DNA of 64,000 nucleotides, taken from positions 16,616,001-16,680,000 of the forward strand of contig OZ024755.1 of the NCBI GenBank assembly GCA_964016885.1, written 5' to 3'. A program made the translations under genes and the position numbers. The stretch comes from Eledone cirrhosa. Taxonomy: Eukaryota. Under the pieces are notes generated by a model. That model saw only the letters and a list, made by a program, of their open reading frames with translations, searched no databases and was not told where the DNA came from. Of the stretch, positions 26,936-41,753 are shown one piece after another (positions within the stretch are counted from its first letter, which is position 1; each line of letters starts with the position of its first letter).

Positions 26936-29896
26936 GAATAAGGGAGAAGTTTTTGTATATTCTCCAGTCCAACTACAGTAAATGTTTCTTCCCTCAAGCT
27001 TAGACTACCATGGGTTCAAGACAAGGGTGAAGACTCTTATCATAGAAGAGAACAGGAGTTAAAAGTGTTTAGTCTTTCTGGTGGTGAGGTTTTCCCTTCT
27101 GTCACTGCCATCTCTAACCTGAGAATGCAGCAAAAAGAAGTTAAGCTATGGGCCACTCCCCACTTCTTACCAACAGCGCAGCACCCGAAAAATGCATAGA
27201 GATGGTAGAGGAGCATGGTTGGATCATGGTGATGGTAGGATGGTAGGATACGAGATTATGGTTTTGGTGGTGAATGTGTGAATGTGTAAGAAAAGAATAG
27301 GCATTCTGCTCCATTTCCATTCTACTCTGTTATTAAGATTGATGGGACATGCATCTGTGGCTTAACATCTTTACTGTCCCTTCTGTGAGTGCTCTCATTT
27401 ACAACATTACCACTGAAGACATCTTGAAATAAGGGTGGTGGATGGGTGGGTAGGGGTGGTGGTGGTGGTAGGGTATGGTATGCACTGGAAACTGTCTGTT
27501 TGTGTTGCAACAGGATGGCATGGGTAAGTAAGTTGTTTGGGGTATTAGAGCAGACATATCTTTAATGATAAACAGAAGTGTTGCAAACAAGAATGCAAGT
27601 AGTTTGTATTCTACTACTTTGTCTGTCTGCTTGACTCTCAACAGTTTCAACTGCTGTCGTTGTCTCATCTCTCCATCTTTTTAATTTTAACTCTTGTCAT
27701 TCTTTCCTTCCATCTCTCACATTTCCACCTTGGTGAGGAAGTCTACTGGTTTGTGTCAATGATGTTTCCACCTCCAAAATCTTGGATATTAGAATTTATC
27801 CATTAACCAATTTTACACTACTACTACCACCACCACCACCACAACCACTAACACTACCACTGCTACCACTAATAACACTATCACTACTACCACCAACACA
27901 ACTATCACAACCACCACTGCTACAACCATCAACACAACCACTACCACCAACAACACAACCATAATCACTGCCACCATCACAACTACCAATCCAACCACCA
28001 CCACCACCTGTCTTGGTTACTTTTAACAGAGACCATTTAATTGTAAACATTTAGATCAGGTCTCCAGTTTGATGACAACTTGTAAGTGTTGGTTTCTTCC
28101 TTTTCATCAGTCTTGGAGCCTCTGCTAGATGTTATGTGTACTAACCTTACTTCTATGCCTAATCATCAACAGCAACAACAACAAAAGTTCCCCCTGATAT
28201 AGCATATGGATGTTTAGACCCCTACGAATCCTGATGGCATCGTAAGGGGTGCTGTCATGATATACAGCATGCATTTTATCACAGAGACCTGGGACAAAAC
28301 CATAAGGCATTTAATCCAACACTCTAAGGTCAGAGTTGGGGTTAGGGTTAGAGTTAAGGATAGGGTTATAGTTAGGGTTAGGATTAGGGTTTGATGACTG
28401 CTTATTTACTGTATTATACTGATTTCATACAGCATGTATTTTAACCCAGGAACCTGGCACAAAACCACAAGGCATTTAATCTAACGTTCTAACAACTCTT
28501 ATTATGCTAATCTCAAATGTTTTTCCTAGTTATGGAATATACAGATGCTTCTTTCTCTCCGTATTAACAAAACAGTGTGTATTCTTTCTTGTCTTTCTGT
28601 ATAAAGAAGTATTCGGTTTCTAAGCCCACCCACTCATTAAAAGCTATCTTTTTCTGGAAGAACAACCACAAAATTGTAAAGCAGGCTTGGTGGAGAACTA
28701 CTAATGTTTCAGGTATGGGTGCAGTTTGGAATAGGAAAAAAGAAAAAAAATAGGGCAGATTTAGGTTGGGTGTTGTTGGAAGGATGGTTCTAGGGAAGCT
28801 TGGAAGAAAGTTGTAAAACTTATAAAGTGTGTAGGTGTTAAGATGTCATTTTCTTCAGTTTGCTCACTAGTTAGATAAGGTGGTTGATTTGGTAGGATCA
28901 TTAGTGTTTTGGTTACTTGTATTCCAGGTCTCTGTGTTCGTATTGAAGTGTGTGTGTGTGTGTGGGGGGGGGGGGGGGGTCGATAAAGAAAATACCAACC
29001 CAGTGCTGGGTGCATCCCTCTCACTCTCTCTCCTTCCACTTGTCACATTTTGGATGTTCTGTTAGATCAAATGTGGTGGTGGAGTGTGTTGTGAGGGTGC
29101 CTCTGTCTCTTTGCACCTACATAGCCACCTAAAACCCTTAGCAAAAGTATGGTATATTATACCAAGTCATACTCGATTGCAAGTGAGGGTTGTAGTAGTT
29201 TATTTTTTTCACTGATTAGATGTTGTGTTATAAAATAAAGGAAATAAATAACATTTATTACTCACACCTGGGGCTCAAAGACAGTTACGATTTGCGGGAC
29301 ATCGCTAGAGAAGTAAGGAGGAAGTTATACTCAAGCTACTATTGTGGGAACCAACTCATGGGAGACGCAGTAGAGGAAGACCTGCTCGAACATTCATTGA
29401 TTGACTCTCAGATGATATGAATCTCAGTCAGGAGCAGTAGAAAATCGTGAATTGTGGAGAGACTTTGTCAGGGATGTTTGGCTGTGGTTACAATGATTAT
29501 TACTCACACCTGGGACCTCTTTTATCTCTGTCTTGTAATTAGAGTAAGAAAACAATCCCCCTATCAAGGTCTTTGTCCTGTCAGATAATATTCACTGTGA
29601 TCATTTTAGAAATCTCAATAAAGTATTAGTTAACAGGATGTAGACTGTGGTGTGAAACTCAGACAATATTATAGCTGCTATCAGATTTATTTAATCTGTG
29701 GGGTGTGCAGTCGACCATTCAATTCATTAAGCTCGCTCGGCTTCGTTCCTTGTATAGATTTACTTGACCAAAACTGAGTAAAGCTACCCCAACAATAACC
29801 AGAGCTAGGTAACACCATATATGACATATCATATGTTACAAGTCACTCGCCTATTTCATCAGCTACAAGTCATCATGATCATTATTACAACCAATC

Positions 29897-29928
<32 letters not shown>

Positions 29929-30109
29929 TACTACCATCAACATAATCATCATCATCATTACCATCATCATGAAAGAATTGGTAGAGAGTTGGCTAAAATG
30001 CCATTTCCGTATTTATTATGGAGCTTTCTATTCTGAGTTCAAATCCCAAAGCAGTCAACTTTACCATTTATATTTCCAGAGTCAATAAAATAAAAGTACC
30101 AGTTTGTAG

Positions 30110-30395
30110 TGTTATATAACAGGGAGTTTGGCAGTGTTGTGTAGTGTTTATATAACAGGGAGTTTGGCAGTGTTGTGTAGTGTTTATATAACAGGGAGTT
30201 TGGCAGTGTTGTGTAGTGTTTATATAACAGGGAGTTTGGCAGTGTTGTGTAGTGTTTATATAACAGGGAGTTTGGCAGTGTTGTGTAGTGTTTATATTAC
30301 AGAGTTTGGCAGTGTTGTGTAGTGTTTATAAAACAGGGAGTATAGTAGTGTTTATATTACATGGAGTTTGGCAGTGTTGTGTAGTGTTTATATAG
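30110..30395. repeat. 36-bp minisatellite (~8 copies), followed by a degenerate AT-rich tandem array to ~31100
   Basis: Unit gggagtttggcagtgttgtgtagtgtttatataaca, then recurring taattacattt motifs. Confidence 0.85.
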
Positions 30396-33300
30396 GTGGT
30401 GAAAGCAATTATAATTACATTCACGAGATTTATAATTATATTTTCAAATCTCAAATTACAAATACTAATGAGTTAAAAGTAAATACTTAAGGACCAGTAT
30501 TAAACATCTACAGACTATAATTACATTTCTAAAATTTATAATTACAATTATAAAGCAAATAATTATTATTATTACATTCTCAAAAATTTAATTACAATTA
30601 TAAAACTGATAATTATTATTGCTGATTGTTACAATTATTTTCTCAAAAACTTATAAATATAATTATAAGTCTGATAAATATTATTGCTGCTTGTAATGAT
30701 TACATTTCAAAATTTTATAATTACAATTATAAGACTGATATTTATTATTACTGATTGCAATAATTATATTTCTAAAGTGCATGATTACATTTATATGGCT
30801 GATAATTACTATTACTGATTGTAATAATTACATTCTCAAATGTCCATAATTACATTTATAAGGCTCATAATTACTATTGCTAATTGCAATAATTATAACT
30901 CTAAAGTCCATAATTACATTTATAAGGCCAATAATTACTATAGCTGACTGTAATAATTACATTTCTAAAGTCTATAATTACATTTATACAACTGATAATA
31001 TTACTATTACTGATTGTAATAATTACATTCTCAAAAGCCCATAAATACATTTCCTAACTGCTCTTCTGACATTCTTAAGGACTTTAATTACATTACCAAG
31101 GTCTGATCTCAGTCACATTCCTTAAAGTTCACATTACACACGAAAGATGAAAGATGTCATTCCAGCCCTTTAGTTTAAATTTTTTTCTTTCTTTTCTTGT
31201 CCACACACAGTGTTGGGAGGTGAAAGGATTTTTGGGATCACTATGTGAACTCTACTTTTTTGGCTCCTTCCCATAGCTAATTCAGAGAGAGAAGAGGGGC
31301 GAGAGAAATCATATTTAATGCTTGACTGGTGCTTTATTTATCGATCTTGAAAAGGATAAAAGGCAAAGTAGGCCTCAGAATGTTGCAAAGCATTGTATCT
31401 GACTCCCTAATAACTCTGTCAATTTGTCTTTTATATTTAACTGTCTGAAATTGACCCTGGTTTCCCATATGAAGCTGTTTGTTTTGAAGTATTTATATTT
31501 ATCTAAAAATCTCCCAATATAATTTTATATAAGCACATTCTGTTAAGCTATGTTCCAAACATCAGCTTTTTATAATGAGAAAGTTAGTTATACTGCTAAA
31601 TCTTTCCAAATTCTCGTTTATTTTCAAATTTGTAAATAATAGGCAAGTGTCTTTCATTAGAAATATGGTAATGAAAGGGTTAGACAGATAGTGTTTTTCA
31701 TTAGAAATATGGTAATGAAAGGTTTAAAGACATAGTCAGTGTCTTTTATTAGAAATATGGTAATGAAAGGGTTTATATTTAACCAAGACCAAAAATAAAT
31801 AAAAAAATTAAAAAACCCCAGAAACTACACAACAGCCCACACTCCCTCACCTCCCAGCTATCATTCAGTCATTTACTCATTCATGAAGATTCAACTACTG
31901 CTACCCAACAGCACACGCCCTCACCCCGTCCCCCCACCCTCTTACCATGACTTATATTATTCCACTTCATCTATCTCCTATGCTATCTATCACCTTCTCA
32001 TCTCAATCTTCCTACATAGTCATCCACCCACTGAATCCCTTTCATACTTACCATTTTAACTTCCTTTTTTTTTTGTTTATTTTTCTTGTGTTGGGGTAAA
32101 GGGAATGTTGCCTCCTCCTTTTTTTTTCCATTTTTTTTTTTAGTTTAGTTTAGTTTTATTGTTTTATAAAAGAAGGGTTTGTCTCTCCCCCTCCCCCCAT
32201 TCATCCTTCTTTTCACCTTTTACTTCCAAATCTCTTCCCTGTCACATTCCTTAGAATTTGTATTGATATTATTATTACCATTATTACTACCCACACATTT
32301 AGTTAGAGCTCTTTACATTCTAAGTTCTAAGTTCAAATCCCAACGAGGGTAGCTTTGCCTTTCATTCTTTTAAGGTTGATAAAATAAAGTACCAGTAATG
32401 CTCTGGGACCGATTTAATCGACTCCCCCCCCCCCAATTGTTTGCCTTGTGCCAAAAGTAGAAACAATTATTACTACCCACTTAGGAGGAAGGAAACTGGG
32501 AGAGGGCACTTTCAATATCTGTGAGGCAACAGAGTTAACCCAGCGTTTTGTGTGGAAGTTCTTCCTGGAATTAACCTAATGTACAGCCCTTTGCACCCAC
32601 TATTGGGGAACTGCAGTTAACCCAGGGTTTTGTGTAGGTTTTTTCCTGGAATTAACCTAAAGTACAGTCCTCTGCACTCATTATTGGAGAACTGGTCTTT
32701 GTTGATATTCGTTATAAATTTTATTCTACACAAAACAAAACCCACACTGTAATGTCCTGTCCCATCTTTAATGTCTCCTTAATGTCAGCCCTGTGTGGCT
32801 AATAAATAAAGCATTATTATTATTATTGGCATATATATATATCAGAATGGATGCAGTAAACACCAGTTAGACCATTACTCATCAGAGTACTCAACATGGA
32901 TCTAGCTGTTGAAACAGCAGGAGCTCAGCCCGCAAGGTCCCAAATTTTTCATATCATCATCTTCTAACATCCAGCTTTCCCTCCTGGCAAAGGTTGGAGG
33001 AGGGGGGGGGGGTCATCAACAGCCCTGGTCAATAGTCAAGCAGAGGTACTGACGCCAAGGATGGGTAGGTATGGATGTGGGTTGGCAGATAGGTAGGGTT
33101 AGGTGGGTAGGGCTGGTAGGTAGGTATGTATGTAGGATGTGGTGGGTAAGGAAACCAGAGCTAATCTCTGTAGAATAAAAAGGTTGTTAGTAGCAATATG
33201 TCCTCTTGGAATATCAACAGGATGTTAGCCCTAAAAAATATGACTGCTGCTACCACCACAACACATCTTCTCTGTCTGTCAGTCAGTCTGGCTCCCCGTC

Positions 33301-34625
33301 TGTCTGTCTTACTGCATGTCTGGTTGTCTGTGTGACTGTCTGTTGATCCTCTGTTTGCCTGACTCTCTGTTTGCCTGCAAGTCTGTCTGGCTCTGTTTGC
33401 CTATCTGTCTGTTGATCCTCTGTTTGCTTGACTCTCTGCTTTCCTGTCTGTTTGCCTGCAAGTCTGTTTGCTTGTCTGTCTGTCTGTTGATTCTCTGTTT
33501 GCCTGACTGACTGTTTGCCTGTCTGACTCTCTGCTTGTCTGTCTGTCTGTCTGGCTCCTTTGCCTGTCTGTCTGACTGGTTCTCTGATGGTCTGTCTGTT
33601 TATCTATTTACTCCCCCCTCCCACATTCCTCCACCTACTTCCATGGGAGGAGGGAGGTGAGCGAAGGTGAGAGGAAGAGGTATAGAAAAAGAGGTTGGCA
33701 GGGTGCAGAAAAGAATTAGTAGCTAATCAACATGAATGTTATGAGGGTGGTGGGAGGGTGGAGTTGGAGGGGAAAAGAATGGGTGTGATGAGGAGGAAAC
33801 AGGGGTTGGTTGTTGAACTGAAACAGGAAAACCATCTTGCTTGCTGCTTGTCTTTTTAACTTTTGCTGACTGGTCTCTCTCTTTCTCTACCTCTCTCTAT
33901 CTTTCCTTTTAGCCCATTCTTTCTCTTTCCCTCTACCTCCCTCCCTCTCCATCTATCTATCCTCCTCCTCTCTCTCTCCCTATCTTTAACAGCAAGATAC
34001 AATTATGGAACAAGGCTGCTGGACCTATAAATTAGAAGTGCAACTCATCCAGTGGGCTTCCACATAGTCTCCATCTACTACAATTTCACCATCAATGGTT
34101 GGATTGACCAGAGGCTACAGTAAAGACATTTGCCCAAAATAGCTCATGGTGGGCTTGAACCTAAGTGATGGAGGACATTATGATTGCAATCTGAACTTCT
34201 TGACCCCTGGGCCATGTCTATAGATAGTTTCACACACACACACACACACACATACATACACACACATACACACACGTGAGCCTTGTTAGCAGTGATGATG
34301 ATGATGGTGATTGTGATGATGGTGACGATGATGATGGTAATATGATGCTGATGTGATGATGATGATTAAGATGGTCATGAGGATCATGATAATGATAATC
34401 TTTTAATATTTTACTTGTTTTAGACATCGGACTGTGACCATACTGGAGCAGTGTACTCAAGTGTTTGGGTCAAATGTATTGATTCCTGATCTGTTTGTCT
34501 ATTATTACTATTTTATTCTTATAAAATAGAAAATACATGAAAAATGGACATTGGCATAAGGGGAGATAATTCAGTGAAGTATTGTTAATAAGTGGTGTAT
34601 TCTGTCCGAATACACTAATATAAAC

Positions 34626-34675
<50 letters not shown>

Positions 34676-34824
34676 ATATGTATGTGTGTATTAAGAAGTG
34701 TGCTACCAGCCAAAGTGTATGATAAAGTTATATCTGTATAAATACAGAGGGGTAACCGATATCTAATATGTAGGCGTGTAAACATGCAAGAAAATTCGAA
34801 TTTCCCTGTAAATTGATATATATT

Positions 34825-34857
<33 letters not shown>

Positions 34858-35049
34858 GTATGTAAAAGGTAAACAGAAATAACAACACAATCGGTACAGT
34901 ATATGGAAGGAATATATTAGATTAACACTTCAAATAGCAGGAAGAGGGTCGTAACGTTTTGGACGCTAGTCCTTCATCAGAAGAAAGAATGAGAAATAAG
35001 ATAGGGACGGGCAGTGTGTGTGTGTGTGTGTGTGTGTACAGAGAGAGAC

Positions 35050-35200
35050 AGAGTGTGGCATAGTTGTGCGGTTAAGAAGTTAACAACACTACCATGTGGT
35101 ACTGAGTTCAATCTGATACAGTAAGTGTCTTTTAGCCTCAGGTTGACCAATACTTTGTGAATGGCAATTGGTAGATGGAAACTGTGCAGAAGCCCACTGC
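35050..35200 (+). mobile_element. tRNA-derived SINE resembling octopus OR-type SINEs (decayed - strand copies ~12650-12820, 34050-34215, 57060-57410)
   Basis: gtggcatagttgtgcggttaagaagt head; tagcctcaggttgaccaatactttgtgaatggcaattggtagatggaaactgtgcagaagccc body. Confidence 0.65.
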
Positions 35201-35452
35201 ACGTGTTCATCTGTATTTGTAGTCCGTGTGTATATGCAAGTATGTGTGTGTGTTCGTAAGTATGTTTTGCAAGTAACTAACATATTTGTATGAGTATGTG
35301 TATCTTTTTTTCATATGCACACAGCTCTACATAGATAGCTAATAGATGCATCAATGTTTATATATACACACATATATATATATATATAGTGAATTTCAGA
35401 CCGATAAGGTATGATTTTCATGGGTACGTCTTTATTTATAAAACAAACTTTG

Positions 35453-35517
35453 TATTTTATCTGATGAAAGCGCACCAAGGTTGGCTTGGTTGCCTTTGAA
35501 ATATATATAATAAAATA
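35453..35517 (+). ncRNA. Type I hammerhead ribozyme motif (family C), core intact
   Basis: UAUUUUAU-CUGAUGA-[stem II with CCAAG/CUUGG]-GAAA-UAUAUA-UA^AUAAAAUA; 8-bp stem I, extended by a 12-bp helix 35433-35444/35524-35535. Confidence 0.8.
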
Positions 35518-35703
35518 AATATGGTTTTATAAATATAGTTTCCATTTATTTAATATCATTGAATATTTACTCCAGTTATCTGTTGAGTGCTCTAAATCAG
35601 TTATAAACATTTATGTTTGTCGGAATTCCAACAAATTAAATACAACTTCTACACATATATATATATATATGTATGCATGGCCATTAAACGGTGGTGATGA
35701 TGA

Positions 35704-35787
<84 letters not shown>

Positions 35788-36757
35788 ATGTATGTATGTA
35801 TGTATGTATGTATGTATGTAGATGACCCCTTAGCCTTTGTCAAGGCAGAATTCTAGAAGGAAATCCCTGATATAACACCTGCAACCCTGATGGTATCCAA
35901 TGATGTTGACCTGTTCTTCTTTTTGGTAAATATCATCTTGGTTAAGAGAGTGAGACTGGCTTTGTGCAGTGCCTTTGCTCACTATAAAAGCTTCACGGCA
36001 CAGGCATTGCTTTATATCTGGAGATCTCTCTGCACTTGTCGTCACATGGTACCATGGGCCCAGCACTGTGTGTCAATAATTGTCACAAGTGTAGTGTTTG
36101 TACCAGAGTTTTCAAGTCGCTGGCTGGACTAAAAAGTGACACTCGTTCAGCGCATCGGTAGGGGTTCTCCTACATGGATATAAAGTAGTGGCCGTACTCG
36201 AAAACGAGTTGGCAGCCTGTATGTATGTATGTATGTATAAACAAGTAGCAGACATGACAGATTGTGAGGTTGAAGTTGAAAACAAGTTGTTGCAAGTGAG
36301 GATGGAAGAATTAAACAGAACTGCAGAGATGAGGTGGTGGTGGGGCGGATGGTGGTGGTGGTGGTGGTGCGACAAGACATCATTCACCTCCTGTCTTCAC
36401 AATGTTACACACATGTGCACAGCTATATGCATCCATGCACACACACACACACACACACACCAAATATGCCCCCTCCCCTCACACACACATACATACATAC
36501 ACATACATCCAAAAGTGCACTTGGCTCGAGTAAAGAAACAACTCTTAACTGTGTACATGTATATATGTATATGTGAATATATATATATATATGTGTGTGT
36601 GTTTGTGTCTACGTGTTTCAGCTGTATGTATGTATGTATGTATGTGTGTTGTGTGTGTATGTGTATGTATACATATATATATATATACATGTATGTGCGT
36701 GTATATATATATATACATATATGTCTGCACCATGTTTGAGTGTGTGGTTTGTATATA

Positions 36758-36802
<45 letters not shown>

Positions 36803-37519
36803 CCAGTATTGGCAGATACTGCCTATACTGGAATTGAACCATCAAGACCGTTGAGGTATGTCATACATCAATTCATTTATTTTATCTGACGAAGACGTAC
36901 TGAAAAAAAACAGCACAGTACCTATATATATATACACATACACACCCACCCACACATATAAACGTGCACACACACACGTATTTATATATATATATATATA
37001 ATTGTTTCTACTTTAGGCACAAGGCCAGCAATTATCCCAGTGCATTACTGGTACTTTATTTTATCGACCCCGTAAGGATGAAAGGCAAAGTTAACCTCGA
37101 TATAATAAAACATATTTTGATTATGTGAATGTCTTCATTTATTATTAATCTGAATAATAATAACTCCAGAAACCGTGTTGTAGAGTGCTTCTAATCTATT
37201 GTAAAAATATATTCATTGAATAATCAATGAACCATATTAATAGTATTGGCAGAGGGTCGGACGCCATGCTTTCCAGCATAGTTACGTCCCTTTACGATCT
37301 GAGTTCAAATCCCGACGAAGTTGACTTTGCCTTTCACCCTTACGTGGTCGATAAAATAAAGTACCAGTAATGCACTGGGTTATTTTTGGCCTTGTGCCTA
37401 AAGTAGAAACAATTATATATATATATATATAAATATAAATACGTGTGTGTGTGCACGTTTATATGTGTGGGTGGGTGTGTATGTGTATATATATATGTGT
37501 ATGGGTGGGTGTGTATGTG

Positions 37520-37556
<37 letters not shown>

Positions 37557-37717
37557 ATACGTATTTGTGTGTGTGGTGGTTTGAAAAAAAAAAATAGTGC
37601 TACAGCAAGCCAGGAGGTCTGTGTTACAAGGGGTGCTGGCGTCATTAATAACACTCCTCTAAAACTATGCAGGGGACAACTTTTCTAAACCATCCCTAAG
37701 AAAAGAAACCCACTTAT

Positions 37718-37806
<89 letters not shown>

Positions 37807-38524
37807 TTATATATATATATATATATAACTGTGTGTGTGTATACATAAAATACTATGTGGATGGAAAAGAAACCCAGATATTATATATAGATATATATAT
37901 AAACACTATGTATATATATGTATGTATAAAATGATATATAGTCACAACTGTTGTATACACACACTGACAAACATTTGCGTGTATGTATATGTCTTTATAT
38001 ATACATGTGCATATATATAAAGGCTTACACATCCACATGCTTATATGTGCAGTAATGTGTATAAAGAAATGTGGAGGAACATGCAGAGACAAACACACAC
38101 ACACACACACACACAAAGGTGTGTGTGTGAATGTATAGTTTCCTACACACATATTTACAGCCAGTTGTTACTTCAGCAGTATTAGAGGTGGAGGAGAGCC
38201 TTAATGGAAAGGAGGGTGATAATAAGATAGAGGAATGCAAGTATTGGGGTGAGGGCTTGAGGTTTTTAAAAGTAGTTAAAAAGAGGTGTAGGAAGAAACA
38301 AGTTGTTAGTGTGGGTAAAGTAGCTGTTTAACTTGCAATATGAGACATCAACTAATGTAGCTAGGTTGCCCTCACTCTTGCTACACATATATTGTGTAGC
38401 ATGACTGCCCTTTATAGCTACATACACATATAATGTAGTAAGGCTGCCCTCACTTTTGCTACACACACATATAGTGTAGCAAGGTTACTCTCTATATAGC
38501 TACATACACATAGTGATCATGTAG

Positions 38525-38895
38525 CTAGCTATATACATATAGCAATAATATAGCGAAGTTCCTCTCTCTAGAAGTACACATATAGCAATAATGTAGCGAA
38601 GTTCCTCTCTCTAGAAGTACACATATAGTGATAATATAGCAAAGTTCCTCTCTCTATAACTGCACATATATAGTGATAATATAGCGAAGTTCCTCTCTCT
38701 ATAACTGCACATATATAGTGATAATATAGCGAAGTTCCTCTCTCTAGAAGTACACATATAGTGATAATATAGCGAAGTTCCTCTCTCTATAACTGCACAT
38801 ATATAGTGATAATATAGCGAAGTTCCTCTCTCTAGAAGTACACATATAGTGATAATATAGCGAAGTTCCTCTCTCTATAACTGCACATATATAGA
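38525..38895. repeat. 40/42-bp minisatellite, ~9 copies in two variants
   Basis: Unit tatagtgataatatagcgaagttcctctctct followed by agaagtacaca or ataactgcacata. Confidence 0.88.
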
Positions 38896-39295
38896 GACAA
38901 TAAAAAGCATGTATTCACATAACACTTAATATCCTTTCACAAGTTAAAAGCTCGTATGAAAGTTACATATAGCTAGATAACTATCTAACTACAATGGTAA
39001 ATAATGGTTTGGTAGTTCAAATCCTTTCGCCGTCAGTGTACTTTGCCCCTGGATAAGGCACCTTATACACTTACTGAGTGGGGTGGAGCTCATCAAACCG
39101 GACCAAGGAGACAATTGGTCTTTACCATTGGTCTTTCTAATTGCCGATACTATCTATCAGTTGCAACTCCTCGCAGAAGGAGCAATGTGAAATAAAGTGT
39201 CTAGCTCAAGGCACAACACATCGCCTGGTCTGGGAATCGAACTAGCAACATCACGTTTGCTTATTCAATTCCCTAACCATTAATGTATACATACA

Positions 39296-39358
<63 letters not shown>

Positions 39359-39583
39359 CAGATAGGATGTGGTAAGATACCAGGTGGGCCATAACGCACC
39401 AGAGTACTCGATACTTGGGGTAGTAGAGTGGGTAATATGAAAAGATTCATGACCCCGACGGCTGAGCTCCAGCCATTTTGGCAGCTAGATCCGAACAGTT
39501 TGGAACTAGCTGTCGAAACGGCTGGAGCTCAGCCGTCGGGGTCCTCAATCGTTTCATATATATATATATATATACTCACACAG

Positions 39584-39678
<95 letters not shown>

Positions 39679-39767
39679 TATATATAATATAGATGAGATT
39701 CTACAGGACTAGAACTGTTTCATTCTTTAGAAATCATCATATATATATATATACACACACACACACA

Positions 39768-39802
<35 letters not shown>

Positions 39803-39830
39803 ATATATATATATACACACACACACACAC

Positions 39831-39894
<64 letters not shown>

Positions 39895-39909
39895 TATATA
39901 TATATATAT

Positions 39910-39958
<49 letters not shown>

Positions 39959-39999
39959 TATACACACACATATATATATATATACAGATATACACACAC

Positions 40000-40038
<39 letters not shown>

Positions 40039-40706
40039 TATATACGTATACACACACACACACATATATACGTATACACATACACACACACACACGTGAC
40101 TGAAACTGGTAAAAGAATAAATATCCTGGTGTTTCACAATGCATGCTTTGATCATCATTCAATTATTTGTCTGTTTGTTTCTCTGTTGGTTCAACATGGC
40201 ACAGTTTCGATCTTATATTGGTGGACACCATCACCATACACACACTAAACAGTCTACCAACCACCACCACCACCATCACCATACACACACTAAACAGTCT
40301 ACCAACCACCACCACCACCATCACCATACACACACTAAACAGTCTACCAACCACCACCACCATCACCATACACACACTAAACAATCTACCAACCACCACC
40401 TCCACCACCTTCATCAATACACATACCTAGACTGTCACCTTCCACACATGATCCACTACCACTATCCCCATCACCATCATCATACACATCTCTACTGTCA
40501 TCCTCCACCACCACCACCACCACCATCATCACTACACACACACCTCTGCTCTCCACCCCCACCACCACCCTGCTATAATTTAATGATTGTTTTTCCATAA
40601 TTAGGCAGATTTGATGCCTATCCCTTATACAGACAGCTTTTAATGGTAGTGGCTCATTATTTATTGCCACACCAGACAGTTGTCTCCAGATACTCTCTCT
40701 CTCTCT

Positions 40707-40760
<54 letters not shown>

Positions 40761-41753
40761 AAGTTAGACATATATATATATTCAGACAGATAGATACATA
40801 AATACATACATAGATGGGTTTGTGTATGTAGGCGGGGACATAAATACTTCCTTAATCAAAGAGAGCCAAATAATTGAAGACTCATTTCTACATTTCTTCT
40901 TTTTATTAGTAGTATTATTAGTACTAGTAGTATTAGTATTATAACATGTAGACCTTGTGCTTTAATTAGAACCCATTAGTGGTAATATTACATTCTAAAT
41001 TCAGTTCCCACCGGTATAATTCTGCATTTCATTCATCCGGGGGTCAAAAAATAGGTACCAGTCAAATACTGAGGGCTTAGGTTAGGATTTAATTTGACTG
41101 GTTTTCTTACCCTGTATTGTGTGTCCTTGTGTCAAAGTTATTAATCATTATCATCGGCACTATTTTTTTAATTATTATTACATCATTAAGGGGTCGATGA
41201 AATAAAGTACCAGTAATGTACTGGAGTCCCCCAGAATCACTGGCCTTGTGCCTAAATCAAACCATTAGTCTTACAACCATTAGGGCAGTGGATAGACAGA
41301 ATCGGTAGAGTGCTAAATAACAGGCTTTGTAGTGCTTGGTTGTGAACCTTTACGTTCTGAGTTCAAATCTCGTCGAGGTTAGCTTTGTCTTTCATCCTTA
41401 CAGGGTCGATAAAACAAAACACCAGTAATGTACTGGAGTCGATTTTATTGACTTCCCCCCTCCTCCAGAATTGTTGCCCTTGCACCTAAATCAGAAAGCA
41501 TTATTGGCACTAAATGTTTGTTTAAATTCAGAGTAGGAGTTTTTCTGTTAATACTTTCGTTACCATGCATATGATTGCCAAGGTATTTTTAAACAGGCAA
41601 GAGTTTGGAGGGATTTGGTTGTAGAATTTTCATTTTAAGATAGTATTTGGAGCATAGCTTAACAAAGGTTCTTACATGAAATTATGACGAAAGAAGCTTT
41701 TTATCTATCCCACGATAAAATGTTCCCAGTCTGTACTGTAAAATGGTAGTGCA

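Noticed and set aside
26725-27200. Possible LINE coding fragment
   Set aside because: No recognisable protein motif in the frames examined; kept only as an unclassified two-copy repeat.
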